From the NCBI GenBank assembly GCA_965209065.1, contig OZ242373.1, positions 320,567-384,566 on the forward strand: a stretch of 64,000 nt of DNA, in the 5' to 3' direction. Source of the stretch: Alphaproteobacteria bacterium (GTDB lineage Bacteria > Pseudomonadota > Alphaproteobacteria > JAPOUT01 > G958296285). The first letter of the stretch is position 1. Every line of letters starts with the position of its first letter. The translations under genes and the position numbers were made by a program. Under the pieces are notes generated by a model. That model made no database searches, was not told where the DNA came from, and saw nothing but the letters and a program-made list of their open reading frames with translations. Positions 1 through 10,017 of this stretch are shown here, piece after piece.

Positions 1-738
1 CAAGCCCCGATTGCGCTGGTCGGCAAGGGCGTTTGTTTCGATACCGGCGGCATTTCGCTTAAACCCGCCGGCGGTATGGAGGATATGAAAGCAGATATGG
101 GTGGTGCTGCTTGCGTTACCGGCACGATGTTAGCGCTCGCCAAGCGCAAGGCGAAAACCAATGCGGTGGGCATCATCGGGCTTGTTGAGAATATGCCTGA
201 TGGCAACGCGCAAAGACCTGGCGATATTGTCAAGTCTATGTCGGGGCAGACGATTGAAGTGCTTAACACTGATGCTGAGGGGCGTTTAGTCTTGGCGGAT
301 ATTTTGTGGTTCGCGCAAGAGAAGTTCAAACCGCAAGCGGTGGTGAATTTCGCCACTTTAACCGGAGCGATTATCGTAGCGCTTGGCAAGGAGCATGCCG
401 GCTTGTTTTCCAACAACGATAGGCTCGCCGAGCGTTTAAGCCATGCGGGACAAGAGGCGCGCGAGAAAGTGTGGCGCTTGCCTCTAACCGATAATTACAA
501 CAAGATGATGAATTCTAAAACTGCCGATATGAGAAACATTGGCGGCGGCAGAGAAGCAGGCTCTATTACGGCGGCGCAGTTTTTACAGCGTTTTATTAAG
601 AAGGGTCAAGCGTGGGCTCACGTGGATATTGCTGGCACGGCGATGGGCACGAAGCTGAGCCCGACGTCGCCGGCATGGGCGAGCGGTTTCGGTGTGCGCT
701 TGGTTCATCGGCTTATTCAACGCCATTACGAAAAATAA
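1..738 (+). CDS. pepA: leucyl aminopeptidase (M17 family), C-terminal part; 5' end lies outside the window
   Basis: The frame is open from nt 1. The motif [17 protein letters not shown] and the C-terminal catalytic domain are typical of M17 cytosol aminopeptidase. Confidence 0.85.
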   Translation, partial: QAPIALVGKGVCFDTGGISLKPAGGMEDMKADMGGAACVTGTMLALAKRKAKTNAVGIIGLVENMPDGNAQRPGDIVKSMSGQTIEVLNTDAEGRLVLADILWFAQEKFKPQAVVNFATLTGAIIVALGKEHAGLFSNNDRLAERLSHAGQEAREKVWRLPLTDNYNKMMNSKTADMRNIGGGREAGSITAAQFLQRFIKKGQAWAHVDIAGTAMGTKLSPTSPAWASGFGVRLVHRLIQRHYEK

Positions 739-756
739 AAACAAAAGGAGATAAAA

Positions 757-1164
757 ATGAGTGAGAGAACTTTATCCATCATCAAACCTGACGCAACCAA
801 AAGAGGTTTGGAGGACAAAATCAATGCCAAGTTTGAATCGGGCGGTTTGAAAATTGTCGCGAGCCGCCGTCTGCAGTTAAGCAAGGAGCAGGCGGAGGGT
901 TTTTACGCGGTTCATAAAGAGCGTCCTTTTTTTAATGACCTCGTTGCGTTTATGCTATCGGGCGAAGTTGTGGTGCAGATACTTGAGGGAGAGAATGCTA
1001 TCGCGCGCAACCGCGAGATTATGGGCGCGACCAATCCTGCCGAAGCCGCGGAGGGAACAATTCGCGCTGAGTTCGCCGAGTCGATAGAAGCCAATAGCGT
1101 TCACGGCTCTGACTCTGCCGAAACGGCTAAAGAGGAAATTAAATTTTTCTTCCCGAATAAATAA
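757..1164 (+). CDS. ndk: nucleoside diphosphate kinase
   Basis: 135 aa. LSIIKPDA and NSVHGSDS (active-site His region) match the NDK family. A GGAG RBS lies upstream. Confidence 0.95.
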   Translation: MSERTLSIIKPDATKRGLEDKINAKFESGGLKIVASRRLQLSKEQAEGFYAVHKERPFFNDLVAFMLSGEVVVQILEGENAIARNREIMGATNPAEAAEGTIRAEFAESIEANSVHGSDSAETAKEEIKFFFPNK

Positions 1165-1184
1165 GAATAATAAATAAGGCGGGT

Positions 1185-2213
1185 TTAGCCTTTTCTTACG
1201 CGACCTATCGCGAATACCTTTTCGCCTAAACTTTCAAGCTGAGCGCCAATCTGCTCTGCTTCATTTTTGGCGACAATCAGTGCCATACCGATACCGCAAT
1301 TAAATACGGTATGCATTTCCTCTGCTGTAATGCCGCCCGCTTCTTGTAAGCGAGCGAACAGGGCAGGCATCTGCCAGCTAGAATAATCCACTTCAATCGT
1401 GAGATTTTTTGGGTCGGTTAAGGCGCGCGGCAGATTATTCACCAGCCCACCGCCGGTGATATGCGCGATGCCCCTAACGGCATTATTGTCGCGCAAGACC
1501 GCTAAAACCGATTTAACATAAAGGCGTGTCGGGGTCAGTAGCTCCGCGATGAATTCTTTATCATTAGATAAATCGCTGTTTGCCTCTAAAATTTTATGGA
1601 CGAGAGAAAAGCCATTCGCATGCACGCCGTCAGAAGCCAAGCCCAAAACGACATCATCGGCTTGCGCCTCGCTGTTTGGCAGAAGCTGTTCGCGCTCCAC
1701 CGCGCCCAGCGCGAAGCCGGCTAAATCAAAATCTTTGGCACGATAAAGACGCGGCATCTCGGCGGTTTCTCCGCCAATCAGCGCGCAACCGATAGAAGCG
1801 CAAGCTTCGCTAATGCCCTTGATAAGATTCGTGTGCCTTGCTTGCTCTAGTTTGCCGCAGGCGAGATAGTCTAAAAAGAAAAGGGGTTTCGCGCCTTGCG
1901 CGACAATATCATTAGCGCACATCGCAACAAGGTCTTGCCCCAGCCCGTCGAGCTGATTCGCTTGAATGGCAAGCAGAAGTTTCGTTCCCACGCCATCGGT
2001 AGAAGCGATGAGCAGAGGGTCTTTATACCCCGTTGCCTTTATATCAAAGACGCCGCCAAAACCGCCGAGCTCGCAAGCCGCGCCCTTGCTACTGGTGCTA
2101 CCAGTAAAGGGGGCGAGGGCTTTAACAAAAGCTTCTCCCTCTTCAATATCCACGCCTGCCTCTCGGTAGAGGGGTGTCGTGTTTCTAGGGGCGATAAATG
2201 ACATTTTTTCCAC
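1185..2213 (-). CDS. purM: phosphoribosylformylglycinamidine cyclo-ligase (AIR synthetase)
   Basis: 342 aa with PurM-type N- and C-domains (GVDIEEGEAFV..., DGVGTKL). Confidence 0.9.
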   Translation of the reverse strand: MEKMSFIAPRNTTPLYREAGVDIEEGEAFVKALAPFTGSTSSKGAACELGGFGGVFDIKATGYKDPLLIASTDGVGTKLLLAIQANQLDGLGQDLVAMCANDIVAQGAKPLFFLDYLACGKLEQARHTNLIKGISEACASIGCALIGGETAEMPRLYRAKDFDLAGFALGAVEREQLLPNSEAQADDVVLGLASDGVHANGFSLVHKILEANSDLSNDKEFIAELLTPTRLYVKSVLAVLRDNNAVRGIAHITGGGLVNNLPRALTDPKNLTIEVDYSSWQMPALFARLQEAGGITAEEMHTVFNCGIGMALIVAKNEAEQIGAQLESLGEKVFAIGRVRKG

Positions 2214-2246
2214 GAATCAATCAGTTTATAAAATATACTCCACTAT

Positions 2247-3377
2247 ATGAGAATAACCAGCCCAAGTCTATTATTGTTTTGTCTATTACTGTTTTTGGCG
2301 GCTCTACCGAGCGGCAGCGCGCTTGCGGGCGATGTTTATAGCGTTTCGGGGGTTGATGTTGAGGCGACCGCCTCCACTGCGGTGCGCGCGCGCCAAGCGG
2401 CGATATTAGAGGGGCACTCTATTGCGCTCACGCGCTTGCTCCAGCGTTTGACCTTGCCAGAGGACTGGGGAAAGCTCCCGCGCTTAGCGGGCAAGGACGC
2501 GCAGCTTCTATCGCTCGGCTACTCCACCGCCGGAGAGCGCAGAAGCGCGACACGCTATTTAGGACAAATATCCGTAAGGTTTGTCGCCGAGCGTATCCAA
2601 GAGCTGTTGAAAGAGAACAACATTCCTTTTGGTGATGTGCAGACGAGTCCCGTTTTGGTGATACCGGTTTATGATTTACCGAATGGCAGGCGGTTGATTT
2701 GGGAGAATCAAAACATCTGGCGCGCGGCGTGGGGCAGACCTGACATAGGCGAAAGTCTCACACCTTTTATTTTGCCGGTGGGGGATTTAGAGGATATTCA
2801 AGCCTTGCCTACGCGCGCGGCGTCGGTGAATAATCGCGGGGCTTTGTTTCGTTTAGCGCGACGCTATAACGTGCGGCGGGTTCTGCTGGCTCACGCTAAG
2901 CTAGAGGAGGTTGATTGGAAAGGCACATCGGGCTATGCGCTTAGTGTGCGGCTGAGCATTCTCAATGACAGGCAAAACACGAGCGGCGATGAAAGCATGA
3001 CCTTTGCAGTTTCAGGCGCTGCCTCAGGTAAGAACAGCGGCGAGGCTCTCGTTCAGCAAGGGGTTGATAACATTTTGCAAATGACCGGCATTTCTTGGAA
3101 AAGACGTATTATCGTTTATAGCAATGAAGCCAGCAGTCATGAGGTAAGACTAAATTTCAATTCTCTGCTAGAATGGCAACGTGTGCGCCGACTTTTAGAT
3201 GAGGTCAGCGTGCTCACCAATTATCAAATTTTGCGGCTAGATAATAAAAGTGCTTTACTAGTATTTAATTATTCGGGGTCAAAAGATATTTTGTCTATTG
3301 CGCTCAAGCAGAAGAATTTAGAGCTAACGCTCACGGAAGAGGAAGATGAGCCGTGGATATTAAAACGGGGGAGATAG
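2247..3377 (+). CDS. secreted protein, DUF2066-like. This is the conserved neighbour of purM and the CDP-alcohol phosphatidyltransferase in alphaproteobacteria.
   Basis: It has a signal peptide (LLLFLAALPSGSALA). Position and size are recalled from alphaproteobacterial synteny; the family assignment is from memory only. Confidence 0.5.
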   Translation: MRITSPSLLLFCLLLFLAALPSGSALAGDVYSVSGVDVEATASTAVRARQAAILEGHSIALTRLLQRLTLPEDWGKLPRLAGKDAQLLSLGYSTAGERRSATRYLGQISVRFVAERIQELLKENNIPFGDVQTSPVLVIPVYDLPNGRRLIWENQNIWRAAWGRPDIGESLTPFILPVGDLEDIQALPTRAASVNNRGALFRLARRYNVRRVLLAHAKLEEVDWKGTSGYALSVRLSILNDRQNTSGDESMTFAVSGAASGKNSGEALVQQGVDNILQMTGISWKRRIIVYSNEASSHEVRLNFNSLLEWQRVRRLLDEVSVLTNYQILRLDNKSALLVFNYSGSKDILSIALKQKNLELTLTEEEDEPWILKRGR

Positions 3378-3381
3378 AAAG

Positions 3382-4005
3382 TTGAAAAAGTATTTTTTAG
3401 ATATGGTCGAGGGCAAGGATTTGCTACAAGGCGAGGAGCTAAGTGATAATCCCTTGACTTTTCCTAACCTGCTGAGCCTATTGAGGCTTTTGGCGACACC
3501 CTTAATCATTGTTTTATTGTTGGGGGATAACCTTCAGCTTGCTTTTTATTTGTTTGTGATTGCGGCGATAACCGATTTTGTTGATGGCTGGTATGCTAAA
3601 GTTTTCAAGGCGCAGACGCGGTTCGGTGCTTTTCTAGACCCCATCGCCGATAAGGTTTTAACGATAAGCGTTTATTTTTGGTTGGGGTTAGAAGGGTTAG
3701 CACCCGAATGGTTCGTGGTGCTAATTATTAGCCGCGATTTATTTATTCTCGTAGGCATACTGATTACATGGATAGCCTTTGACAGATTATGGGTCGCGCC
3801 CTTAGGGGTTGGCAAAATAACAACCTTCGCGCAATTAAGTTTAGTCGGCTTAATTTTGATTAAAAATGTTTTTCCCCAAGCGATGAACCTGCCTATTGAT
3901 ATGATTATTCTATTGGGTATTTATATTGTTTCGTTTTTTAGTTTGCTGTCTATTTTTACTTATGCCACGCAGTGGTTTGTTCGTATCGTGATGGACAAGC
4001 AATGA
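3382..4005 (+). CDS. CDP-alcohol phosphatidyltransferase family protein (pgsA-like)
   Basis: DGWYAKVFKAQTRFGAFLDPIADK matches the D-G-x2-A-R/K...G-x3-D-x3-D motif. The protein has multiple TM segments. Confidence 0.75.
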   Translation: MKKYFLDMVEGKDLLQGEELSDNPLTFPNLLSLLRLLATPLIIVLLLGDNLQLAFYLFVIAAITDFVDGWYAKVFKAQTRFGAFLDPIADKVLTISVYFWLGLEGLAPEWFVVLIISRDLFILVGILITWIAFDRLWVAPLGVGKITTFAQLSLVGLILIKNVFPQAMNLPIDMIILLGIYIVSFFSLLSIFTYATQWFVRIVMDKQ

Positions 4006-4044
4006 GTTTTCCCCTAATGGACTTTCCCCTATGAACTTTCCCCT

Positions 4045-5094
4045 ATGAATTTTAGTGAGCGACAAATTATTTTCTGGCTGTCTGTCACCGCGCTCATCGG
4101 GCTGATGTTATATTTACTAGGCGATGTGATTGCGCCCTTTGTGGCAGGGTTCGCGCTGGCTTATATTTTGGATCCCCTCGTTGATAGGCTAGAGCGCATT
4201 TATATTCCGCGCTTGGCGGGTGCTTTCCTCGCGATTTTACTTGCGGCGGGCTCTGTGATTGGGTTGTTCCTGCTCATCTTGCCAATTCTATTGTCGCAGT
4301 TGTCCTCCATCATAGAAAATTTTCCGGCTTATGTAGATTGGTTTCGCGCAACGCTCCTAGAGATAGCACCGCAGCTAAAAGAGCTACTCAATGACGCGCC
4401 TTCCCTTTTAAGCCAAACCAAAAGCCTGTTGCCAAGCGAGTTATTCCAAAACCTATTCACCTCGCTGCGCACCGGCGGCGAGGCAATTGCTTCTTTCTTA
4501 TCCTTTTTGATTATTACGCCGATTGTTTCCATTTATCTTTTGCGCGACTGGGACAAAATCATCAACTACATCGATAGCCTGTTGCCGCCGCGAAAAGCCG
4601 AAGCCGTAAGAGAAATGGCAAAAGAAATCGATGGCGCGCTATCGGCAACCTTGCGCGGGCTGGTGTTCGTTTGCTCCACGCTCGCGGTGTTTTATGGCGT
4701 GAGCTTACATCTGCTAGGGCTAGATTTCGGTTTGCTGATTGGCATCTTTAGCGGGCTGATAAGTTTTATTCCTTACGCGGGGGCTATTTTTGGTTTTATT
4801 CTAGCACTCCAAGCAGGGCTCTTTCAATTTTGGCCTGACTGGCAATGGGCTTTGCTTATTTGCGGCGGCGTTTTCGGCGTGGGGCAGATACTTGAGGGCT
4901 ATGTGCTAACGCCGAGGCTTGTCGGGGATAGGGTTGGCGTTGATGTGGTGTGGCTTATTTTCGCTTTAATGGCGTTTGGTGCTTTGTGGGGTTTCACCGG
5001 TCTTTTGATTGCCTTGCCGGCTTCGGCGGTCATCGCGATTTTGATGCGCCATGGGATTAAGCGTTATCAAGCCAGCGACTATTATAAAAAATGA
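4045..5094 (+). CDS. AI-2E family transporter (PerM/YdiK-like permease)
   Basis: 349 aa polytopic membrane protein with a typical AI-2E hydrophobicity pattern, conserved downstream of pgsA. Confidence 0.75.
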   Translation: MNFSERQIIFWLSVTALIGLMLYLLGDVIAPFVAGFALAYILDPLVDRLERIYIPRLAGAFLAILLAAGSVIGLFLLILPILLSQLSSIIENFPAYVDWFRATLLEIAPQLKELLNDAPSLLSQTKSLLPSELFQNLFTSLRTGGEAIASFLSFLIITPIVSIYLLRDWDKIINYIDSLLPPRKAEAVREMAKEIDGALSATLRGLVFVCSTLAVFYGVSLHLLGLDFGLLIGIFSGLISFIPYAGAIFGFILALQAGLFQFWPDWQWALLICGGVFGVGQILEGYVLTPRLVGDRVGVDVVWLIFALMAFGALWGFTGLLIALPASAVIAILMRHGIKRYQASDYYKK

Positions 5095-5104
5095 CCTGTA
5101 AATT

Positions 5105-5755
5105 ATGCCAATTATAAAAGAGCAGCTCTTGTTAAACTTGCCCCATCGCGCGGCGCAAGGCAGGGAGGATTTTTTTGTCGCGCCGAGCAACCAAGCGGCA
5201 GTTGAAATGATTGATAACTGGCGCGCGTGGCAACCGCCAATTTTATTGCTCGTCGGTGCGGCGGCGAGCGGCAAGAGCCATCTCGCCAAAGTGTGGCAAG
5301 CGCAAAGCGGTGCGGCTTCTTTTTATGAAAGCCCTGATGCATCTTTTTTGCTCGCTGATGATATTGATAGCCAGCGCCAAGCGATTGATGAAGGACTTTT
5401 ATTTGAGAGGCTCAATTATATTTTACACAGCAAAAGCGGAGAGGCTGCCTTGCTTTTAACGGCAAGGAGTCTTGATTGGTGGCGCGGGGTCGCACTTGCT
5501 GACTTGCGTTCGCGTTTAGCCACGCTGCCGACCATAGAGATAGCATCGCCCGACGAGCATTTAATCGCGGCACTTTTGCTAAAGTTTTTTGCCGACAGGC
5601 AGCTACAGGTATCGGAGTCTTTAATTTATTGGCTGATGACGCGCATCGAGCGCGATTGCGCTACCGCCTATGCTTGCGTGGAGACTCTCGATAAAGAAAG
5701 TGCGCGGCGCGGCAAGCCGCTCACGATTGCTTTGGCGCGCGAGGTGTTGTTTTAA
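5105..5755 (+). CDS. hda: DnaA-homologous regulatory inactivator (HdaA/Hda-like)
   Basis: 216 aa. A truncated AAA+ DnaA-like domain (LLLVGAAASGKSHLAKVW) follows the AI-2E gene, as in Caulobacter-type synteny. Confidence 0.7.
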   Translation: MPIIKEQLLLNLPHRAAQGREDFFVAPSNQAAVEMIDNWRAWQPPILLLVGAAASGKSHLAKVWQAQSGAASFYESPDASFLLADDIDSQRQAIDEGLLFERLNYILHSKSGEAALLLTARSLDWWRGVALADLRSRLATLPTIEIASPDEHLIAALLLKFFADRQLQVSESLIYWLMTRIERDCATAYACVETLDKESARRGKPLTIALAREVLF

Positions 5756-6899
5756 CAATTTGCGTCTTCCCGTTAAGCAAGGTGAGCGAAATTTCACCAT
5801 TGAGCAGCGCTTTGGCATATTGTCCAAAAACCTCATAACGAAAACCCGAAAGAATAGAGAGGTTGTCTTTAGGATTGATGACGAGTTGTTCTATCTGCTT
5901 AGCGTTTGCGATGAGCTTAGGTGCTACGTTGTTGCGCTCGCATTGAATTTTCAATAGCAGTTTTAGCATAGAAATTTTGTCGTCATTTTTATTATTTGTT
6001 TTGCTGTTATTTTTTATAAAGTGTATTTCCTCTAGGGGTCGTTTCTGCGCCTGGGATATTTTTTTGTTAAGGGACTCGCCGCCTTTAGAATGCACGAGTT
6101 TTTTAGGAAAGCCGCGCACTTCGTGGAGGGGCGCTTGATTGGCGGCGGCGAGCATCAGGGGTTTTATCACCTCATCGCGCAACACCCAGCCGCGCGGAAT
6201 ATCGAGCCTCTGGGCTTCTTCCTCGCGCCATTCGGCAAGGGCTTCCAAGACAGCTTGCTGGCGTTCATTGTTTGCGTGAAATCTCAAGTTTTGCCATGCT
6301 TGCGCGGGCGGGTTCTGGTAAAAGCTCGGTTGCGTGAGAACCTCAAATTCGGGCAAGACCCATTCCAAGCGGTTCAATTTGTTTAAGTTGCCGAGCAGCT
6401 TTTCGTAAATAGCGCAGAGGTAAGTGACATCGCTCAGGGCATAGCGTTTTTGTTTATCGCTCAGCGGTCTTTTCGACCAGTCGGTCACGCGCGCGCTCTT
6501 ATCGATATTTTTGTGAATGAACGTGCGCACGAGAGATTCATAAGAAACGCTATCGCCGAGCCCACACGCAGCGGCGGCAATCTGGCTATCAAAAATGGGG
6601 CTGGGACAAAAGGCGGCTAGATGATGGATAATTTCAATATCCTGCCTTGCGTCATGGAACACCTTTAGCACCTTAGGGTTTTTGAGCACATCAAAAAAAG
6701 GTTCAAGCGTCAGCCCTTCGGCGAGCGGGTCGAGGAGGCATCCCTCGCCGTTAAAGCCGACTTGAATCAAGCATAGCCGCGGCCAGTAGGTAGAGGTGCG
6801 TAAAAACTCTGTATCAATTGTGATATAGGATTTTTCTTGCCATTCGCTACACTTTTGTTCTAGCGTAAGGTTGTCGGAGATGATATGAATATCAGTCAT
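5721..6899 (-). CDS. rnd: ribonuclease D
   Basis: DEDDy 3'-5' exonuclease domain (IDTEFLRTSTYWPRLCLIQ) plus HRDC. The start is taken at the internal Met (MTDIHII), which removes the overlap with aspS. Confidence 0.85.
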   Translation of the reverse strand: MTDIHIISDNLTLEQKCSEWQEKSYITIDTEFLRTSTYWPRLCLIQVGFNGEGCLLDPLAEGLTLEPFFDVLKNPKVLKVFHDARQDIEIIHHLAAFCPSPIFDSQIAAAACGLGDSVSYESLVRTFIHKNIDKSARVTDWSKRPLSDKQKRYALSDVTYLCAIYEKLLGNLNKLNRLEWVLPEFEVLTQPSFYQNPPAQAWQNLRFHANNERQQAVLEALAEWREEEAQRLDIPRGWVLRDEVIKPLMLAAANQAPLHEVRGFPKKLVHSKGGESLNKKISQAQKRPLEEIHFIKNNSKTNNKNDDKISMLKLLLKIQCERNNVAPKLIANAKQIEQLVINPKDNLSILSGFRYEVFGQYAKALLNGEISLTLLNGKTQIVKTTPRAPKQS

Positions 6900-6918
6900 T
6901 GAGTTTCTTTCTGTAGAT

Positions 6919-8718
6919 ATGTTTAGCACAAAATCATATAGGACGCACACCTGTTGTGAGCTGGGTCGTGGCGAGATTGGCGAGTCGGTTCGGCTTTCGG
7001 GCTGGGTTCACCGCAAGCGCGACCATGGCGGGCTTTTGTTCATCGACCTGCGCGACCATTATGGCATCACGCAGTGCGTGTTCGCGCCCGAGAGCCCTCA
7101 TTTTGAGGCGATGGCGCACATACCGAACGAATCGGTGATTTGCGTTGATGGCGAGGTCGTCGCCCGCCCCGACGACACCGAGAACAAGGAGCTGACCACT
7201 GGGGATATAGAGATTCAAGTCAAGGAGGTGGAGGTTTTGTCGAAAGCGGCGGAGTTAGCCTTGCCGGTGTTCGGCGAGCCTGATTACCCCGAAGACATTC
7301 GGCTTGCTTGGCGCGTGCTGGACTTGCGGCGCAAGGGGCAGCACGAGCGTATTATGTTGCGTCAAAAGGTGATTAGCTCGATGAGAGAGCGAATGACTGA
7401 CGCCGGCTTTATGGAATTCCAAACGCCCATTCTCACGGCGGGGAGTCCTGAAGGGGCGAGGGATTTTGTCGTGCCGAGCAGACTCCACGCGGGGAAGTTT
7501 TATTCTTTGCCGCAAGCGCCGCAAATGTTTAAGCAGCTGATTATGATGGGAGGCTTTGACCGCTATTTCCAAATAGCCCCTTGCTTTAGGGACGAGGACG
7601 CGCGCGCCGACCGCTCGCCGGGTGAATTTTACCAGCTTGATGTGGAGATGAGCTTTGTCGTTCAAGAGGACGTGCTGCGCACGATAGAGCCGATTTTACA
7701 CGGCTTGTTCGAGACCTTCGCGCAAGGACGGCAGATTTCTCCCCAGCCGTTTGAGCGGCTTACCTATAAAGATGCGTTAAGTCTTTACGGCACGGATAAG
7801 CCTGATTTGCGCAACCCGCTCAAAATTTATGACGTGAGCGATTGTTTTATCGCTGAGGGCGTTTCGTTTAAGGCGTTTCGCTCGGTGGTGGAAGGCGGCG
7901 GCGTGGTGCGCGCGATTGCCGTGCCGAATGTTGCCGAGCAGCCGCGTTCTTTTTTTGATAAGCTCAACGACTGGGCGCGTAGCGAAGGCGCGGCGGGCTT
8001 GGGCTATATTATTTTCAAGAAAGAGAATGAGGGTTCGGGTCCTATCGCAAAGTTTATTCCCGCCGAGCAGCAGAAGGAAATAGCAACCTGCACAGGTGCC
8101 AGCACGGGTAGCGCGGTATTCTTTATTTGCGACAAGCCCAAACCCGCGCAACGCTTCAGCGATTTAGCGCGGCAAAAAATTGCGCACACACTGGGCTTAA
8201 TTGACGAGAACAAATTTCACTTTTGCTGGATTGTCGATATGCCAATGTTCGAGGTAGGTGAAGAGAGCGGGGTGCTAGAGTTTTCGCATAATCCTTTTTC
8301 GATGCCGCAAGGCGGGCTAGAGGCATTGGCGCAAAAAGAGCCGTTAGATATTCTGGGTTATCAGTATGATATTGTCTGTAATGGCGTGGAGCTGTCGTCG
8401 GGCGCGATAAGGAATCATCGTTTAGATATATTGTTTAGGGCGTTTGAGATTGTCGGCTGGAGCGCGGCTCAAGTGACGGCGAGCTTCCCTGCGATGGTGC
8501 GCGCGCTATCGTGTGGAGCGCCGCCGCATGGCGGCATCGCGCCGGGCATCGATAGGATAGTGATGTTGCTCGCCGGCGCGGATAATCTGCGCGATGTCGT
8601 TATGTTTCCGCTCAATCAGCAAGGCGAGGACTTGCTTTTGGGTGCGCCCGCCGAAATTCCGCAGAAGCATTTACAGGAGCTTCACTTAAAGCACCTGCCA
8701 CCCCCCAAAAAGCCCTAA
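6919..8718 (+). CDS. aspS: aspartate--tRNA ligase
   Basis: 599 aa class II aaRS with anticodon-binding OB fold, GAD insertion and motifs 1-3 (GGIAPGIDRIVML). Confidence 0.95.
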   Translation: MFSTKSYRTHTCCELGRGEIGESVRLSGWVHRKRDHGGLLFIDLRDHYGITQCVFAPESPHFEAMAHIPNESVICVDGEVVARPDDTENKELTTGDIEIQVKEVEVLSKAAELALPVFGEPDYPEDIRLAWRVLDLRRKGQHERIMLRQKVISSMRERMTDAGFMEFQTPILTAGSPEGARDFVVPSRLHAGKFYSLPQAPQMFKQLIMMGGFDRYFQIAPCFRDEDARADRSPGEFYQLDVEMSFVVQEDVLRTIEPILHGLFETFAQGRQISPQPFERLTYKDALSLYGTDKPDLRNPLKIYDVSDCFIAEGVSFKAFRSVVEGGGVVRAIAVPNVAEQPRSFFDKLNDWARSEGAAGLGYIIFKKENEGSGPIAKFIPAEQQKEIATCTGASTGSAVFFICDKPKPAQRFSDLARQKIAHTLGLIDENKFHFCWIVDMPMFEVGEESGVLEFSHNPFSMPQGGLEALAQKEPLDILGYQYDIVCNGVELSSGAIRNHRLDILFRAFEIVGWSAAQVTASFPAMVRALSCGAPPHGGIAPGIDRIVMLLAGADNLRDVVMFPLNQQGEDLLLGAPAEIPQKHLQELHLKHLPPPKKP

Positions 8719-8820
8719 AAATCATACGAATTAAATACTTGGGCTTGCCTTAAGAGTAGCATTTGTGTAATGATTCTAGATTAAGGGGTTGGGTTAAGTA
8801 AATCATCACTGGAGGAAGCT

Positions 8821-9195
8821 TTGGGTGTAGAAAAAATAGATTTAGCAAAACAAGGGCTTGGCCGTGATATTTCTATTGGACTTTTAAGTGTTTTTTTTGG
8901 AATGTCTTTAGGTTTCATAACAGGGGGAGGGCTTTTAATTCCCCCGAAAGTTTATTTTCACAGCTACTTTGTTCTTTTATCTCTTTCTCTTATAGTTTCT
9001 GCAGTGTCAGCGTTTATGGCAATGTATGGAGTGCGTTTATTTGTAAAGAAAGATTTCTCCGCGCGTGTGATAGTTGGAGTAATTTCTAGCGTTATTGTGC
9101 TGACCTCTTCTTCTATAATTTTAATTTGGTATTTAGGACGCTATACAAAAATATTACATCCGCTTTGGTGGTTCCTTGGTTTTTCAGGAAAATGA
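8821..9195 (+). CDS. small multi-TM membrane protein, paralog 1, in an AT-rich islet
   Basis: 124 aa hydrophobic protein. Clearly paralogous to the next ORF (RDISIGLLSVFFGMSLGFITGG vs RDFMIGFLSAFVGAIYGFFLGA). Confidence 0.55.
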   Translation: MGVEKIDLAKQGLGRDISIGLLSVFFGMSLGFITGGGLLIPPKVYFHSYFVLLSLSLIVSAVSAFMAMYGVRLFVKKDFSARVIVGVISSVIVLTSSSIILIWYLGRYTKILHPLWWFLGFSGK

Positions 9196-9530
9196 AACAG
9201 ATAAGTTTATATAAAAAAGAATCTATGCGTGATTTTATGATTGGCTTTTTAAGTGCTTTTGTGGGAGCTATTTATGGTTTCTTTTTAGGGGCAATGTTCC
9301 TAACAAACCCAATGAGAGATTTCGAACGCTTTGTCGTTGGGTTTTCATCCTATTTTCCTATACTTCTTAGCGTGTTGGTTCTTGTGGGGATAGCCGTAAT
9401 ACATCTAGCCTTGTGGAAAATTTCTTCTGAACAAACTAGAACGATTATAACTGTTTTATTTTTTATTACTTATGGTATAAGTTTAACTTGGTTTTCATTT
9501 TATGCTTGGGATAGTAATTTTTTCTTTTAA
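9192..9530 (+). CDS. small multi-TM membrane protein, paralog 2
   Basis: Start chosen at MKQISLYKK. The ATGA overlap with the stop of paralog 1 suggests translational coupling. Confidence 0.55.
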   Translation: MKQISLYKKESMRDFMIGFLSAFVGAIYGFFLGAMFLTNPMRDFERFVVGFSSYFPILLSVLVLVGIAVIHLALWKISSEQTRTIITVLFFITYGISLTWFSFYAWDSNFFF

Positions 9531-9597
9531 AATAAAACATATAGGAGGAAATGATGGTGCTATGCTTAAAGCTCATCATTGAAGAGGGAGGTTTAAA

Positions 9598-10017
9598 TTG
9601 AAATTCTTAAATATGAATATGATTATACCATTCAAAATGCTTACAAGGCTTTTATCGCTTTTGGGAGGCATGCACATAATTTTTAAACTTCTTATTTTTA
9701 TACCCGGTGTTGTTCTCGGATCATTTTTTGCATTTCTTACGCTTGTGGGTGTTGGAATCCGTCCTGATGAAGAAATTTCTGCTAATGAAGTTCTTTTAAA
9801 AGCTATTCAAGTTTTCTTTTACCTCCTTTGGGCGTTTGGTGTCCCTGGGCTGATATTGTTTCTTGTTTTTAGTTTATCTGTATTGCTTTTTGAGCCAGCA
9901 AGTAAGCGCGCGCCCGATTTTGCACTCCAGGTGAGTTCAGTACTTTTTTTTCTACTTTTTGTTTCTATAACTTGGTGGATAACAGCAAAAGTTCTCATAA
10001 TTGATATGATTTTTTAA
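9598..10017 (+). CDS. small multi-TM membrane protein 3, a more distant relative of the two upstream paralogs
   Basis: 139 aa. TTG start 8 nt after a GAGGGAGG RBS (alternative ATG at 9613). Four predicted TM helices. Confidence 0.5.
   Translation: MKFLNMNMIIPFKMLTRLLSLLGGMHIIFKLLIFIPGVVLGSFFAFLTLVGVGIRPDEEISANEVLLKAIQVFFYLLWAFGVPGLILFLVFSLSVLLFEPASKRAPDFALQVSSVLFFLLFVSITWWITAKVLIIDMIF

Noticed and set aside
912-1094. Numerous 60-160 aa ORFs lie antisense to, or frame-shifted within, recognised genes (for example 912-1094, 1549-2201, 10379-11632, 17345-17761, 27065-27706, 52713-53591).
   Set aside because: They lie wholly inside confidently identified conserved genes. They have biased Ala/Arg/Ser/Pro composition typical of shadow ORFs in GC-rich coding sequence, and no motifs.
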